Assembly: GCA_020444325.1 (NCBI GenBank) | Contig: JAHLLD010000002.1 | Location: 286,882-350,881 of the forward strand | Length of the DNA stretch: 64,000 nucleotides | Direction of reading: 5' to 3' | Source: a bacterium | GTDB taxonomy: Bacteria; Bacteroidota; Ignavibacteria; SZUA-365 | In this document: piece after piece, positions 56,121 through 64,000 of the stretch | Numbering within the stretch: position 1 is the stretch's first letter | How the letters are laid out: each line of letters starts with the position of its first letter | Made by a program: the position numbers and the translations under genes | Notes under the pieces: generated by a model | The model's input: the letters and a program-made list of their open reading frames with translations, nothing else | The model's database searches: none | Told to the model about the DNA's origin: nothing

Positions 56121-56162
56121 GGAATGGGAAGCAGTGCGCTGAGGAATGGGAAGCAGTGCGCT
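56097..56162 (+). repeat. perfect 22-bp tandem repeat x3 (gaggaatgggaagcagtgcgct) spanning the GT2 stop codon
   Basis: Seen directly: three identical consecutive copies at 56097-56118, 56119-56140 and 56141-56162. The first copy encodes the C-terminal EEWEAVR-stop of the GT2 gene. Confidence 0.92.
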
Positions 56163-56235
56163 GAGGCTTGGAATTCAGTTCGCCTGGCGGCATATTTTAT
56201 ATGGAGTTGTTCAATCTCGTCTGCAGGTGAAAAGT

Positions 56236-57057
56236 ATGTTTTCAAGATTTCCTGTCACGCTGGCTGTTCTTCTGCTCAGTGTCCTCGTTCTGGGCGCATG
56301 CGACGATGATGATGGCGGTGGTGACCCGAGTGCGTCGCTTGAAATGGTCAACATTCCCGCTGGAAGCTTTACTATGGGGGATCCCAGTGCTTCGCATGAG
56401 ATCAATGAGCGCCCAGCCCGGGAGGTTTTAATCAACGCGTTCAGCATGAGTAAATTCGAGGTGTCACAGAAGCTGTATTCGGATGTCATGGGTGAAAATC
56501 CCAGCAGCAATAAGGGCGACAACAATCCCGTTGAGAAGGTGAAATTTGCGGATGCGCTGCGCTTCTGCAACGCGCTTTCTGAGCGAGATGGACTGACGCC
56601 GGTTTACTCTGATATTGATGGTGCCGTCAAGGCGAACTTCGACGCGAACGGTTACCGTTTGCCTACGGAAGCTGAGTGGGAATATGCCTGTCGTGCCGGC
56701 ACGACCACGGATTTCTATACGGGTTCGACGCTTGAGGACCTGCAGTCCTGTGGATGGTTTTCCGGGAATGCTGACGGTCATACTCATGAGCGCGGGAAGC
56801 TCGCACCAAACGACTTTGGGCTTTATGACATGCACGGAAACGTATTCGAGTGGTGCTGGGACTGGTACAGCCAGAATTATTATGCGCAGGGTGTAAACAA
56901 CAATCCGCATGGTCCTGCCGGTGGGACACAGCGCGTCTGCCGCGGTGGTTCATGGTTTGTCTATCAGTACGGGTGTCGTTCCAGTTTTCGTTCCATGCTC
57001 GAACCGAAGTACGACAGCATCGACATCGGCATACGCCTGGTCAGAAATGCCGGGTGA
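56236..57057 (+). CDS. formylglycine-generating-enzyme (FGE-sulfatase/SUMF1) domain lipoprotein
   Basis: About 273 aa. Lipoprotein signal (LVLGAC). FGE-sulfatase domain motifs (VNIPAGSFTMG, GYRLPTEAEWEYACRAG, YDMHGNVFEWCWDWY, RVCRGGSW). Confidence 0.8.
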   Translation: MFSRFPVTLAVLLLSVLVLGACDDDDGGGDPSASLEMVNIPAGSFTMGDPSASHEINERPAREVLINAFSMSKFEVSQKLYSDVMGENPSSNKGDNNPVEKVKFADALRFCNALSERDGLTPVYSDIDGAVKANFDANGYRLPTEAEWEYACRAGTTTDFYTGSTLEDLQSCGWFSGNADGHTHERGKLAPNDFGLYDMHGNVFEWCWDWYSQNYYAQGVNNNPHGPAGGTQRVCRGGSWFVYQYGCRSSFRSMLEPKYDSIDIGIRLVRNAG

Positions 57058-57223
57058 AGTCCCATAGCGGAACCATCGCGCTCCGGAGCAAGTTATTACT
57101 GATAGCCGTCTTAGACTGCCCTCCATGGCCGCGCCGTTGCGCATTGATTTCAACAGTGACTTTTGCTACCATGTAAGCGGACAAGACATTTTCGCACTTC
57201 CCCATTTCAGATAGAGAAGCACC

Positions 57224-58825
57224 ATGTTCAAACAGAAAATCTCCCTGGCGAGTGTTTTTATTCTGCTGGTCTTCGGAATTTTCATGGGTACGCAGATCCG
57301 AGCGATATCCGAAGACAACATCTATGAACAATTCACCAAGTTCAAGGATGTTCTCAACTACACGCAGAAATATTACGTAGATGAGGTCAAGGTTTCGGAC
57401 CTGGTCACGCATGCTGTCGAAGGGATGCTCAAATCCCTCGATCCGCATTCCGTGTACATCAGTCCGAAGCAGCTCGAAAAGGTACAGGAGGATTTCAAGG
57501 GAAGTTTCGAAGGCATCGGTATAGAATTCCGCATCGTGAATGATACCATTACAGTCGCCAATGTCATTTACGGCGGACCCAGTGAGAAAGTGGGACTGCT
57601 CTCGGGAGACAAAATCATTGGCATTGACGGTGAAAGTGCCATCAAGTTCAAGAATGAGGATGTGCAGAAAAAGCTGCGTGGCGAGAAAGGCACCGAGGTG
57701 GTGGTCACCGTCAAGCGATTCGGCCTGGCAGATCCCATTGATTTTACCATCTCACGCGACAAGATTCCGCTTTACAGCGTAAATGCCGGTTTCCTTCTTG
57801 ACGATGGAATCGGATACATGAGTATCAATCGCTTCTCTGCGACGACATATGAGGAGTTCCTCACCGGACTGCGTGATCTCAAGAAGCAGGGTATGAAAAA
57901 GCTCGTTCTTGATCTGCGCGGCAATCCCGGCGGCTATCTCGAACAGTCGTTCCGCCTGGCGAATGAATTCCTGAGCAGGGGGCAGAAGATTGTGTACACG
58001 AAGGGACGCCGCAGCGATTTCGACGAGAACTACGTTGCCACAGGCAGCGGGGAGTTCCAGGATCTGCCTCTCATCGTCCTCCTCAGTAACGGCAGTGCTT
58101 CGGCAAGCGAAATCGTTGCCGGCGCGGTGCAGGATCATGATCGCGGTTTGATCGTCGGTGAAACCTCCTTCGGAAAGGGACTCGTGCAGCGTCAGTTCGA
58201 CCTCAGCGACGGCTCCGCCTTCCGTCTGACAACCGCGCGTTATTACACGCCCAGCGGACGCATGATTCAGCGTCCCTATGATGGTTCTGACGAGGATTAC
58301 TACCGCAACGCCTATCACCGCGAGGAAGTGGATGGCGACAATATCGAGCATACGGAAGAAGCCGACAGCACGCGTCCGGTATTCCACACCGACAGCGGTC
58401 GCCCGGTTTACGGCGGCGGTGGCATCACGCCCGACTACATCGTCCGCTATGAAGATCTGAGCGAATACGTTGCACGCATGCGCATCCTCGTCTTTGAATT
58501 CGGAACGCATTACATGGACAAGAAGGGCGCCACACTTCGTGAGAAGTACGAAAACGCCGACGCTGCCGCTTTTGTGAAGTCCTTCCAGGTCAGCGACGCC
58601 ATGATGAAGGAACTGATTGCCTTCGGCAAGGCGAAGGGCGTGGAATTCAAACAGGAGGAATACGACAAGGACAAGGACTATCTCCGTGCCGTGGTCAAGG
58701 CGCAGATCGCCAGGACGCTCTATGGCAATGAGGGACAGTTCCGCTCCATGCTGGAAGTCGATCCTCAGTACGGCAAGGCGACGAGCCTCTTTCCCGAGGC
58801 GAGAAAGATCGCCGGCCTCCGCTGA
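57224..58825 (+). CDS. ctp: carboxyl-terminal processing protease (S41 family, with PDZ domain)
   Basis: 533 aa. Signal anchor. PDZ (GLLSGDKIIGIDG). S41 catalytic region (LDLRGNPGGYL, GSASASEIVAGAVQDHDRGLIVGETSFGKG). Confidence 0.9.
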   Translation: MFKQKISLASVFILLVFGIFMGTQIRAISEDNIYEQFTKFKDVLNYTQKYYVDEVKVSDLVTHAVEGMLKSLDPHSVYISPKQLEKVQEDFKGSFEGIGIEFRIVNDTITVANVIYGGPSEKVGLLSGDKIIGIDGESAIKFKNEDVQKKLRGEKGTEVVVTVKRFGLADPIDFTISRDKIPLYSVNAGFLLDDGIGYMSINRFSATTYEEFLTGLRDLKKQGMKKLVLDLRGNPGGYLEQSFRLANEFLSRGQKIVYTKGRRSDFDENYVATGSGEFQDLPLIVLLSNGSASASEIVAGAVQDHDRGLIVGETSFGKGLVQRQFDLSDGSAFRLTTARYYTPSGRMIQRPYDGSDEDYYRNAYHREEVDGDNIEHTEEADSTRPVFHTDSGRPVYGGGGITPDYIVRYEDLSEYVARMRILVFEFGTHYMDKKGATLREKYENADAAAFVKSFQVSDAMMKELIAFGKAKGVEFKQEEYDKDKDYLRAVVKAQIARTLYGNEGQFRSMLEVDPQYGKATSLFPEARKIAGLR

Positions 58826-58836
58826 TCCCGCTCCCC

Positions 58837-59703
58837 ATGACTGACATGAACATTTATCGGAAACGTGGTTTCTTCGGGAACCACGTTTTTCTTTTCCTGG
58901 CTGCCGGACTACTGCTGGTATCACATGCTTTTTCGCAGTCGAAAAAGCAGCAGCAGAATGAGTGCAAGCCGAACTTCGCCGTGTTCACAGAGGGAGAGGA
59001 GCTTACCTATGAGGTCAGCTATCTCGGTATGGGACTCGGGACAATTCGCACCCGGGTTCTTCGCGTGCGCAACGGGGAACATGGCCTGCAGGTCTGGCTG
59101 GAAGGCCTCATTCGCACCTACAGGGGTGTACCCTTCGTGACGCTCAATACGCTGTACCGGAGTCGCATCGGCGGAACGCTCGCTTCACAGGATTTTCACA
59201 ACAAGGAATACCTGCGAAACGACACCGTGTACAAACACATCGACTACGATTTCGACAGCAAAAAGGATGTCGTTTATATACACGAGACCGTCGACGACAA
59301 TCCATATTGGATTCGTGACGACACGCTCGCCCTTGAAGGAAAGCACTGGCAGGATGGATTGAGTCTGCTCTTCTATGCAAGGGCGTATGCGCACGCACAT
59401 TGCCGGAAAAAGGTGCCTGTGCTCATGTATCGAGACAAGGCCATCACCACGATAAATTTTGGTGTGGAACGTGAGGAAATGGACCTCGATGCCATCGACC
59501 GAGAGGTGCGGACGGTCAAACTCGATGGTGAAACCGGTTTTACCGGGATTTTCGGACTTACGGGGGGATTCGAGGGCTGGTTCAGTGAGGACAGGGCGGC
59601 CATACCCATTGTCGCCAAAATGCATGTTCTGATCGGCAGCGTGTATATTGAATTGATCAAATGGAAGCGGCCCGGATGGTCGCCGCCACTATACAAGGAT
59701 TGA
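58837..59703 (+). CDS. DUF3108-like secreted protein
   Basis: 288 aa. Signal peptide. FTEGEELTYEVSYLGMGLGTIRTRVL matches the characteristic DUF3108 N-terminal beta-hairpin motif. Confidence 0.45.
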   Translation: MTDMNIYRKRGFFGNHVFLFLAAGLLLVSHAFSQSKKQQQNECKPNFAVFTEGEELTYEVSYLGMGLGTIRTRVLRVRNGEHGLQVWLEGLIRTYRGVPFVTLNTLYRSRIGGTLASQDFHNKEYLRNDTVYKHIDYDFDSKKDVVYIHETVDDNPYWIRDDTLALEGKHWQDGLSLLFYARAYAHAHCRKKVPVLMYRDKAITTINFGVEREEMDLDAIDREVRTVKLDGETGFTGIFGLTGGFEGWFSEDRAAIPIVAKMHVLIGSVYIELIKWKRPGWSPPLYKD

Positions 59704-59717
59704 CGGGAGACAACTCC

Positions 59718-60290
59718 ATGATTTATCCCTATCAGGGTATTTACCCGCAGATTCACCCGAGCGTGTTCATGACGGAAGACGTCACCATTATCGGGGATGT
59801 GCGTATTGATGAGGATGCCAACATCTGGTTCGGTTCAGTCGTTCGAGGTGACGTCAATCGCGTCACGATTGGCGCGCGAACGAACATACAGGACAACTGT
59901 ACGCTGCATGAGACCTGGAAGAAATATCCTCTCGTGATCGGGGCGGATGTCACCGTAGGACACGGCGCCATTCTGCACGCTTGCACCATCAACGACGCCT
60001 GCCTTATCGGCATGGGCGCAAAGGTACTTGATAATGCGACGGTCGGCAGTGAATCGCTCGTCGCGGCGGGTGCCGTCGTGCGTGAAGGATTTACCGTGCC
60101 CGAAGGGATGCTCGTTGCTGGTGTCCCTGCGAAAGTCGTTCGTGAACTCGATGACGAGGAGCGCGCGCATATCCGTAATTCTGCGAAAAACTACCTTCAT
60201 TACGTGGGTGAGTACCGCAAGCATCGGGATCTCGAGAAAGGACTCGACTTCCACTCCTATATTGAATACCGAAACAAGGGCCGCATATGA
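59718..60290 (+). CDS. gamma-class carbonic anhydrase-like / hexapeptide-repeat (LbH) protein (YrdA/PaaY/CamH family)
   Basis: About 190 aa from MIYPYQGIYPQIHPSVFM. LbH hexapeptide repeats with conserved His ligands (HETW..., VGHGAILHAC). Confidence 0.85.
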   Translation: MIYPYQGIYPQIHPSVFMTEDVTIIGDVRIDEDANIWFGSVVRGDVNRVTIGARTNIQDNCTLHETWKKYPLVIGADVTVGHGAILHACTINDACLIGMGAKVLDNATVGSESLVAAGAVVREGFTVPEGMLVAGVPAKVVRELDDEERAHIRNSAKNYLHYVGEYRKHRDLEKGLDFHSYIEYRNKGRI

Positions 60291-61168
60291 GACTGAGTAT
60301 TCTTCACGACAGTACCATGCTGCAGCGAATTGAAGCTGCGCTGCGCGAGGACGTTGGGACGGGAGATGTCACCACCGAATGTACCGTGCCAACGGATCTC
60401 AAGGGTGAAGGGGTATTCCTTGCAAAGGCCAACGGCGTACTTTCAGGACTGGAAGTTGCCGCAACGGTATTTCATCTGGTGGATAATGAACTGGTCATCG
60501 ACGCCAGCATTACCGATGGCATGCCCGTGCTCCGCGGAGCGTCCATTGCAGTCGTACGCGGCAATATCGCGTCCATGCTGACCGCCGAACGCGTTGCCCT
60601 CAACTTCCTGCAGCGTATGTCCGGCATCGCCACCGCCACGGCATCCATGGTGAAGCTGGTGGAAGGCAGCGAGACGCAGATACTGGATACCCGCAAAACC
60701 GTGCCCGGCCTGCGCGCGTTCGATAAACTCGCCGTTGCACACGGTCGCGGCACCAATCACCGATTCGGTCTCGACGATATGGTTCTTATCAAGGACAATC
60801 ACATCGCCGCAGCCGGGGGACTCAAGGAGGCTGTTGATCTCGTAGCCGGACGGCTCCCCGCCGATCGGAAGATCAAGATCGAAGTGGAGGCAGACAGCCT
60901 CAACCAGGTGATCGAGGCACTGTCTTGCAAAGCAGTGGATATCATCATGCTCGATAACTTCACGCTCGATGAAATGGCCACGGCGGTAAAACTTATCCGT
61001 GGCAAGCGCAGCGATGTGCGCATTGAAGCATCTGGAAATGTATCAGAACAGACCGTGCGTGCGATTGCCGAAACAGGCGTCGATATGATTTCCGTCGGAG
61101 CGCTTACGCATTCCGTCGCCGCGCTTGACATTTCCTTCAATATCAGTGAAAAGAAAGCGTCGTTGTGA
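60287..61168 (+). CDS. nadC: nicotinate-nucleotide pyrophosphorylase [carboxylating] (quinolinate phosphoribosyltransferase)
   Basis: 293 aa. NadC motifs (LREDVGTGDVTT, TRKTVPGLR, MVLIKDNHI, IMLDNF). 4-nt overlap with the upstream gene. Confidence 0.92.
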   Translation: MRLSILHDSTMLQRIEAALREDVGTGDVTTECTVPTDLKGEGVFLAKANGVLSGLEVAATVFHLVDNELVIDASITDGMPVLRGASIAVVRGNIASMLTAERVALNFLQRMSGIATATASMVKLVEGSETQILDTRKTVPGLRAFDKLAVAHGRGTNHRFGLDDMVLIKDNHIAAAGGLKEAVDLVAGRLPADRKIKIEVEADSLNQVIEALSCKAVDIIMLDNFTLDEMATAVKLIRGKRSDVRIEASGNVSEQTVRAIAETGVDMISVGALTHSVAALDISFNISEKKASL

Positions 61169-61755
61169 CCGCTGCAGATCCTTCACCTTCACTCAGTGCA
61201 ATCCGCACCGTCCTTTCCGGGCACAGTCGGGACATGCTTGATCGGCCCGGCTACCGGCGGGCGGCGGTATTGATACCGCTGATCGCGGTGCAGGGGGACT
61301 GGGATCTTCTGCTGACCAGGCGAAACAGCGATTTGCCACATCATCGGGGGCAGATCGCTTTCCCGGGTGGCAGTGTCGAGGAAGGTGAAGATTGCAGGCA
61401 GGCAGCATTGAGGGAAGCGGAAGAGGAGATTGCTCTTGCACCGTCAAACGTTGAAGTTCTTGGCTGTCACGATGATATATGGACACCAAGCGGTTTCATC
61501 ATTTCCCCTGTAGCTGCAGTGCTGTCGTCAGATGATGGATTGACCCCGAATCCGGATGAAGTGGCGAGGATGTTTCGTGTGCCGCTATCATTTTTCGCAC
61601 AGCGCGGGAATGTCAACATTCAGCTTTTCGAATTCGAGGGGCGTGAGCGGGAAGTGTATTTCTACAGCTATGATGGCGAAACCATCTGGGGTGCAACAGC
61701 CCTGATCATCAGGAATTTTCTGCGGGATCTGCAGCTTCTTGATGCATCGGCCTGA
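61165..61755 (+). CDS. NUDIX hydrolase, CoA pyrophosphatase type (NudL-like)
   Basis: 196 aa. Nudix box GQIAFPGGSVEEGEDCRQAALREAEEEIAL. Upstream AAVLIPL motif typical of CoA pyrophosphatases. Overlaps the nadC stop by 4 nt. Confidence 0.75.
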   Translation: MTAADPSPSLSAIRTVLSGHSRDMLDRPGYRRAAVLIPLIAVQGDWDLLLTRRNSDLPHHRGQIAFPGGSVEEGEDCRQAALREAEEEIALAPSNVEVLGCHDDIWTPSGFIISPVAAVLSSDDGLTPNPDEVARMFRVPLSFFAQRGNVNIQLFEFEGREREVYFYSYDGETIWGATALIIRNFLRDLQLLDASA

Positions 61756-61779
61756 GCCGAATCCGAAACATGAGAACAA

Positions 61780-61816
61780 GAAAAAACCCTTCCCGGTAGC
61801 GGGAAGGGTTTTTTCT
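61780..61816. terminator. bidirectional rho-independent terminator
   Basis: aaaaaACCCTTCCCGgtagCGGGAAGGGTtttttc. A perfect 10-bp stem with an A-tract and T-tract, between convergent genes. Confidence 0.88.
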
Positions 61817-61844
61817 CACGTTCCACGAAAATCGTGGGTCACTA

Positions 61845-62309
61845 TCAGAAGGGGTATACGACCTGTGCGGTGTAGATCGGCTTTTCGGACCTGTTGTCCC
61901 ACTTGCGCACCAGCGTCTGGCAGTGCTTTGCGACGCGGTCGGAGCCATCGAGCATCGCGGTCTGCTGCACGGCGAAGCGGCTCTTGCGGGAATCCTGGTA
62001 CTCATAGAGAGCGAGGGCGGAGATGATACGAATGCCGTCATCAGACTCGTTCTTCAGTTTGTCCATCAGGGGAATGATCGCATAGTCGAAGTCGTATTCG
62101 GGGTAGGCGCGCTTCAGATCGATCACCAACTGCACGTAGTCTGCCTGTACTTCCATGGACGGATGCTGAAGTCCTGCCAGCACGTTCTCCTTGATGTACT
62201 CCTGTCGTTCCTGACTCAATGGGGGATTGGCTTCACCTGCCAGTGCCACCTGGGTAACTGCACTTATCGCGAACAGCATCATCATCGTTATCATTACCTT
62301 TTTCATCAC
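61845..62309 (-). CDS. small secreted hypothetical protein
   Basis: 154 aa. Signal peptide MMKKVMITMMMLFAISAVTQVALA. Helical. No recognisable family. Confidence 0.4.
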   Translation of the reverse strand: MMKKVMITMMMLFAISAVTQVALAGEANPPLSQERQEYIKENVLAGLQHPSMEVQADYVQLVIDLKRAYPEYDFDYAIIPLMDKLKNESDDGIRIISALALYEYQDSRKSRFAVQQTAMLDGSDRVAKHCQTLVRKWDNRSEKPIYTAQVVYPF

Positions 62310-62688
62310 AGCCTCCGGCTTTTTGATGTATTTGAACAGCTTGATTGTTGTTTACACACTGTCGTGTACGCGGTGATCAGGGACGAGTTGCAGCTGCGAT
62401 AAAAATCTTGTACGGATTTATTTTTGCACTGAAAAAAAGATGATTCCAGTGCAACTTTTTTTGTATTTGCCGCGGGCAGAAGACTACCCACTGGTCAGGA
62501 ATTCGGCTGTAAAAATCCGGATGTCCCTGGCTGAAGGCGGGAATTCAGCACTGGCGGCGTGGCGGTGAAAAACGTAACTTTCCACAGTGTACATGTGTCG
62601 TAAATGAGTGGCCAACATCTGCCCGGTCACACCGCGGATTTTCCACCCGCACATGCTGTCTCCGTTCCGCGCACCAAGAAAGAACTCC

Positions 62689-64000
62689 ATGACACGTTCG
62701 TTCCGAGCTGTATTTTTCCTGGCACTGAGCGTCCTGCTCCTCTCGTCCGCCGGCCAGCAGGCGCGGGCGCAGCTTGCTATAAAGGAAGGAATCCCGGTCG
62801 ATTCGCTGGTGCGCACATACTTCATCGGGGGCGGAGCACAGGTCGACAATATCACATACAAAGGCTTCGCCAGGGGAATAGGTTATTTCGACGGCTCGAA
62901 ATCCAACATAGGGATCAACGAGGGAGTATTGATGACGACGGGGTGGATCGGCTACGCCGTGGGACCGAACAACTACGATGACATTTCCTACCCCGCACTC
63001 AGGGCAGGCGACCCGGACCTCTCGCAGCTTGTGGGATATTTCACCTTCGACGCATCCGTTCTCGAGTTCGATTTCATTCCTTATCAGGACACCGTGTCTT
63101 TCGATTACGTCTTTGCCTCGGAAGAGTATCCCGAGTATGTAGGATCCGTGTACAATGACGTGTTCGCATTCTACATTTCCGGTCCTGGCTTCCCGGTGAA
63201 GAAGAACATCGCCCTCATCCCCGGAACGAGTATCCCTGTCGCTATCAATACTGTCAATCATATTGACTCCACCCGTTACTATGTGAACAATGCGATCGGA
63301 CAGTCGGTGGAATACGACGGCTTCACAACGGTACTGCGGGCGTCAGCAGTGGTCACCCCCTGTGAGACCTATCATCTCAAGCTGGCAATAGCGGACGTTT
63401 CCGATAATCTCTATGACTCGGGAGTGTTTCTCCGTTCCGGGAGTTTCGATGCAGGGAATCAGCTGAGCGTCGTCGGATTGAAAGACGCTGCAGAAGGAGG
63501 CTGCGATCCGGGCGTGATTGAGATTCAGCGGATGGGGAATCTCGAAGATACCATGACGGTGAGTTTTCAGCTGCGGGGAGAAGCGATCAATGACAGCGAT
63601 TACGCGCATGTGGTCAACACGTTCACCTTTGCAAGGGGACAGGCGAGCTATCGCATTCCCATCAGTGCATTCAAGGACGCTGTTTCTGACGATGGTGAAT
63701 GGGTGACGGTGTACATCCCGGATATCTGTAATACGGGACTCGTGCGTGACTCCATTCGCATCGTCGAGGTTCCGGACATGCAGGCAGTAGCGCATGCGGA
63801 TACTATTCTCTGTGCCGGAGCGTCACTTCGTTTCGAAGCCAGAATCATTGGCGGGTCAGGGTACTTCGGATATGAGTGGAGTGGAGGTATGGGAACGGAT
63901 CGGGTGCTGAGCATGGATCCCGCTGTGTCAGGGACCTATGTGTTTACGGTGTACGATTCCATCACCGGCTGCAGCAGTATGGATACACTGCATGTAACGG
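62689..64000 (+). CDS. large cell-surface adhesin-like protein, N-terminal part (signal peptide + choice-of-anchor-L domain + Calx-beta-like and Ig-like repeats); runs off the window end
   Basis: My own translation from the ATG at 62689: MTRSFRAVFFLALSVLLLSSAGQQARAQ...GAQVDNITYKGFARGIGYFDGSKSNIGINEGVLMTTG...FASEEYPEYVGSVYNDVFAFYISGPG...ADVSDNLYDSGVFLRSGSF. These are choice-of-anchor-L hallmarks. No stop before position 64000. Confidence 0.7.
   Translation, partial: MTRSFRAVFFLALSVLLLSSAGQQARAQLAIKEGIPVDSLVRTYFIGGGAQVDNITYKGFARGIGYFDGSKSNIGINEGVLMTTGWIGYAVGPNNYDDISYPALRAGDPDLSQLVGYFTFDASVLEFDFIPYQDTVSFDYVFASEEYPEYVGSVYNDVFAFYISGPGFPVKKNIALIPGTSIPVAINTVNHIDSTRYYVNNAIGQSVEYDGFTTVLRASAVVTPCETYHLKLAIADVSDNLYDSGVFLRSGSFDAGNQLSVVGLKDAAEGGCDPGVIEIQRMGNLEDTMTVSFQLRGEAINDSDYAHVVNTFTFARGQASYRIPISAFKDAVSDDGEWVTVYIPDICNTGLVRDSIRIVEVPDMQAVAHADTILCAGASLRFEARIIGGSGYFGYEWSGGMGTDRVLSMDPAVSGTYVFTVYDSITGCSSMDTLHVT

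Noticed and set aside
57752-58924. 390-aa minus-strand ORF
   Set aside because: Antisense to the S41 Ctp protease gene and the DUF3108 gene start.
62545-63261. 238-aa minus-strand ORF
   Set aside because: Antisense to the choice-of-anchor-L adhesin reading frame, which has a signal peptide and recognisable domain motifs.

Overview
This is a GC-rich (~60%) bacterial chromosomal segment that is almost entirely coding, on both strands. Several features point to the Bacteroidota/Rhodothermota (FCB) lineage. There is a T9SS cargo protein with a type-A C-terminal sorting domain and a PorX-type (receiver + PglZ) response regulator. There is also a complex-I nuoJ-K-L-M operon with an nhaD-like antiporter inserted between nuoM and nuoN, the arrangement described for Rhodothermus marinus. 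The rest is mostly housekeeping, listed here in window order: a complete 8-oxoguanine (GO) repair operon (NUDIX-mutY-ogg, with ogg running off the window start), citrate synthase, ychF, nnr, pabA-pabB-pabC, tRNA-Thr(CGT), metK-ahcY, a FAH-family hydrolase, an M23 peptidase, an EncFtn-like ferritin, a giant T9SS surface protein with a downstream beta-barrel OMP, an NfeD-flotillin pair, an ABC-F ATPase, an M20 peptidase, a TonB-dependent receptor immediately followed by a WbaP-like sugar transferase, tsaC, panC-panD, accD, tsaB-tsaE, a CNNM/CBS transporter, two tandem paralogous secreted proteins, adk, rlmN, a GT2 glycosyltransferase, an FGE-sulfatase-family lipoprotein, a Ctp protease, a gamma-carbonic-anhydrase-like protein, nadC, a NUDIX CoA pyrophosphatase, and the start of a choice-of-anchor-L adhesin. 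The most unusual non-coding structures are two intergenic loci built from tandem heptamer/14-mer (GCAGATK) arrays in inverted orientation. One of them, between the ABC-F and M20 peptidase genes, is a ~430-bp composite inverted repeat with ~165-bp arms around a 106-bp AT-rich core. A second family of small palindromic elements occurs at about 32.7 kb, with a degenerate copy at 17.6 kb. A perfect 22-bp tandem triplication duplicates the 3' end of the GT2 gene. Many long ORFs in the six-frame track lie antisense to conserved genes and are rejected as GC-driven artefacts.
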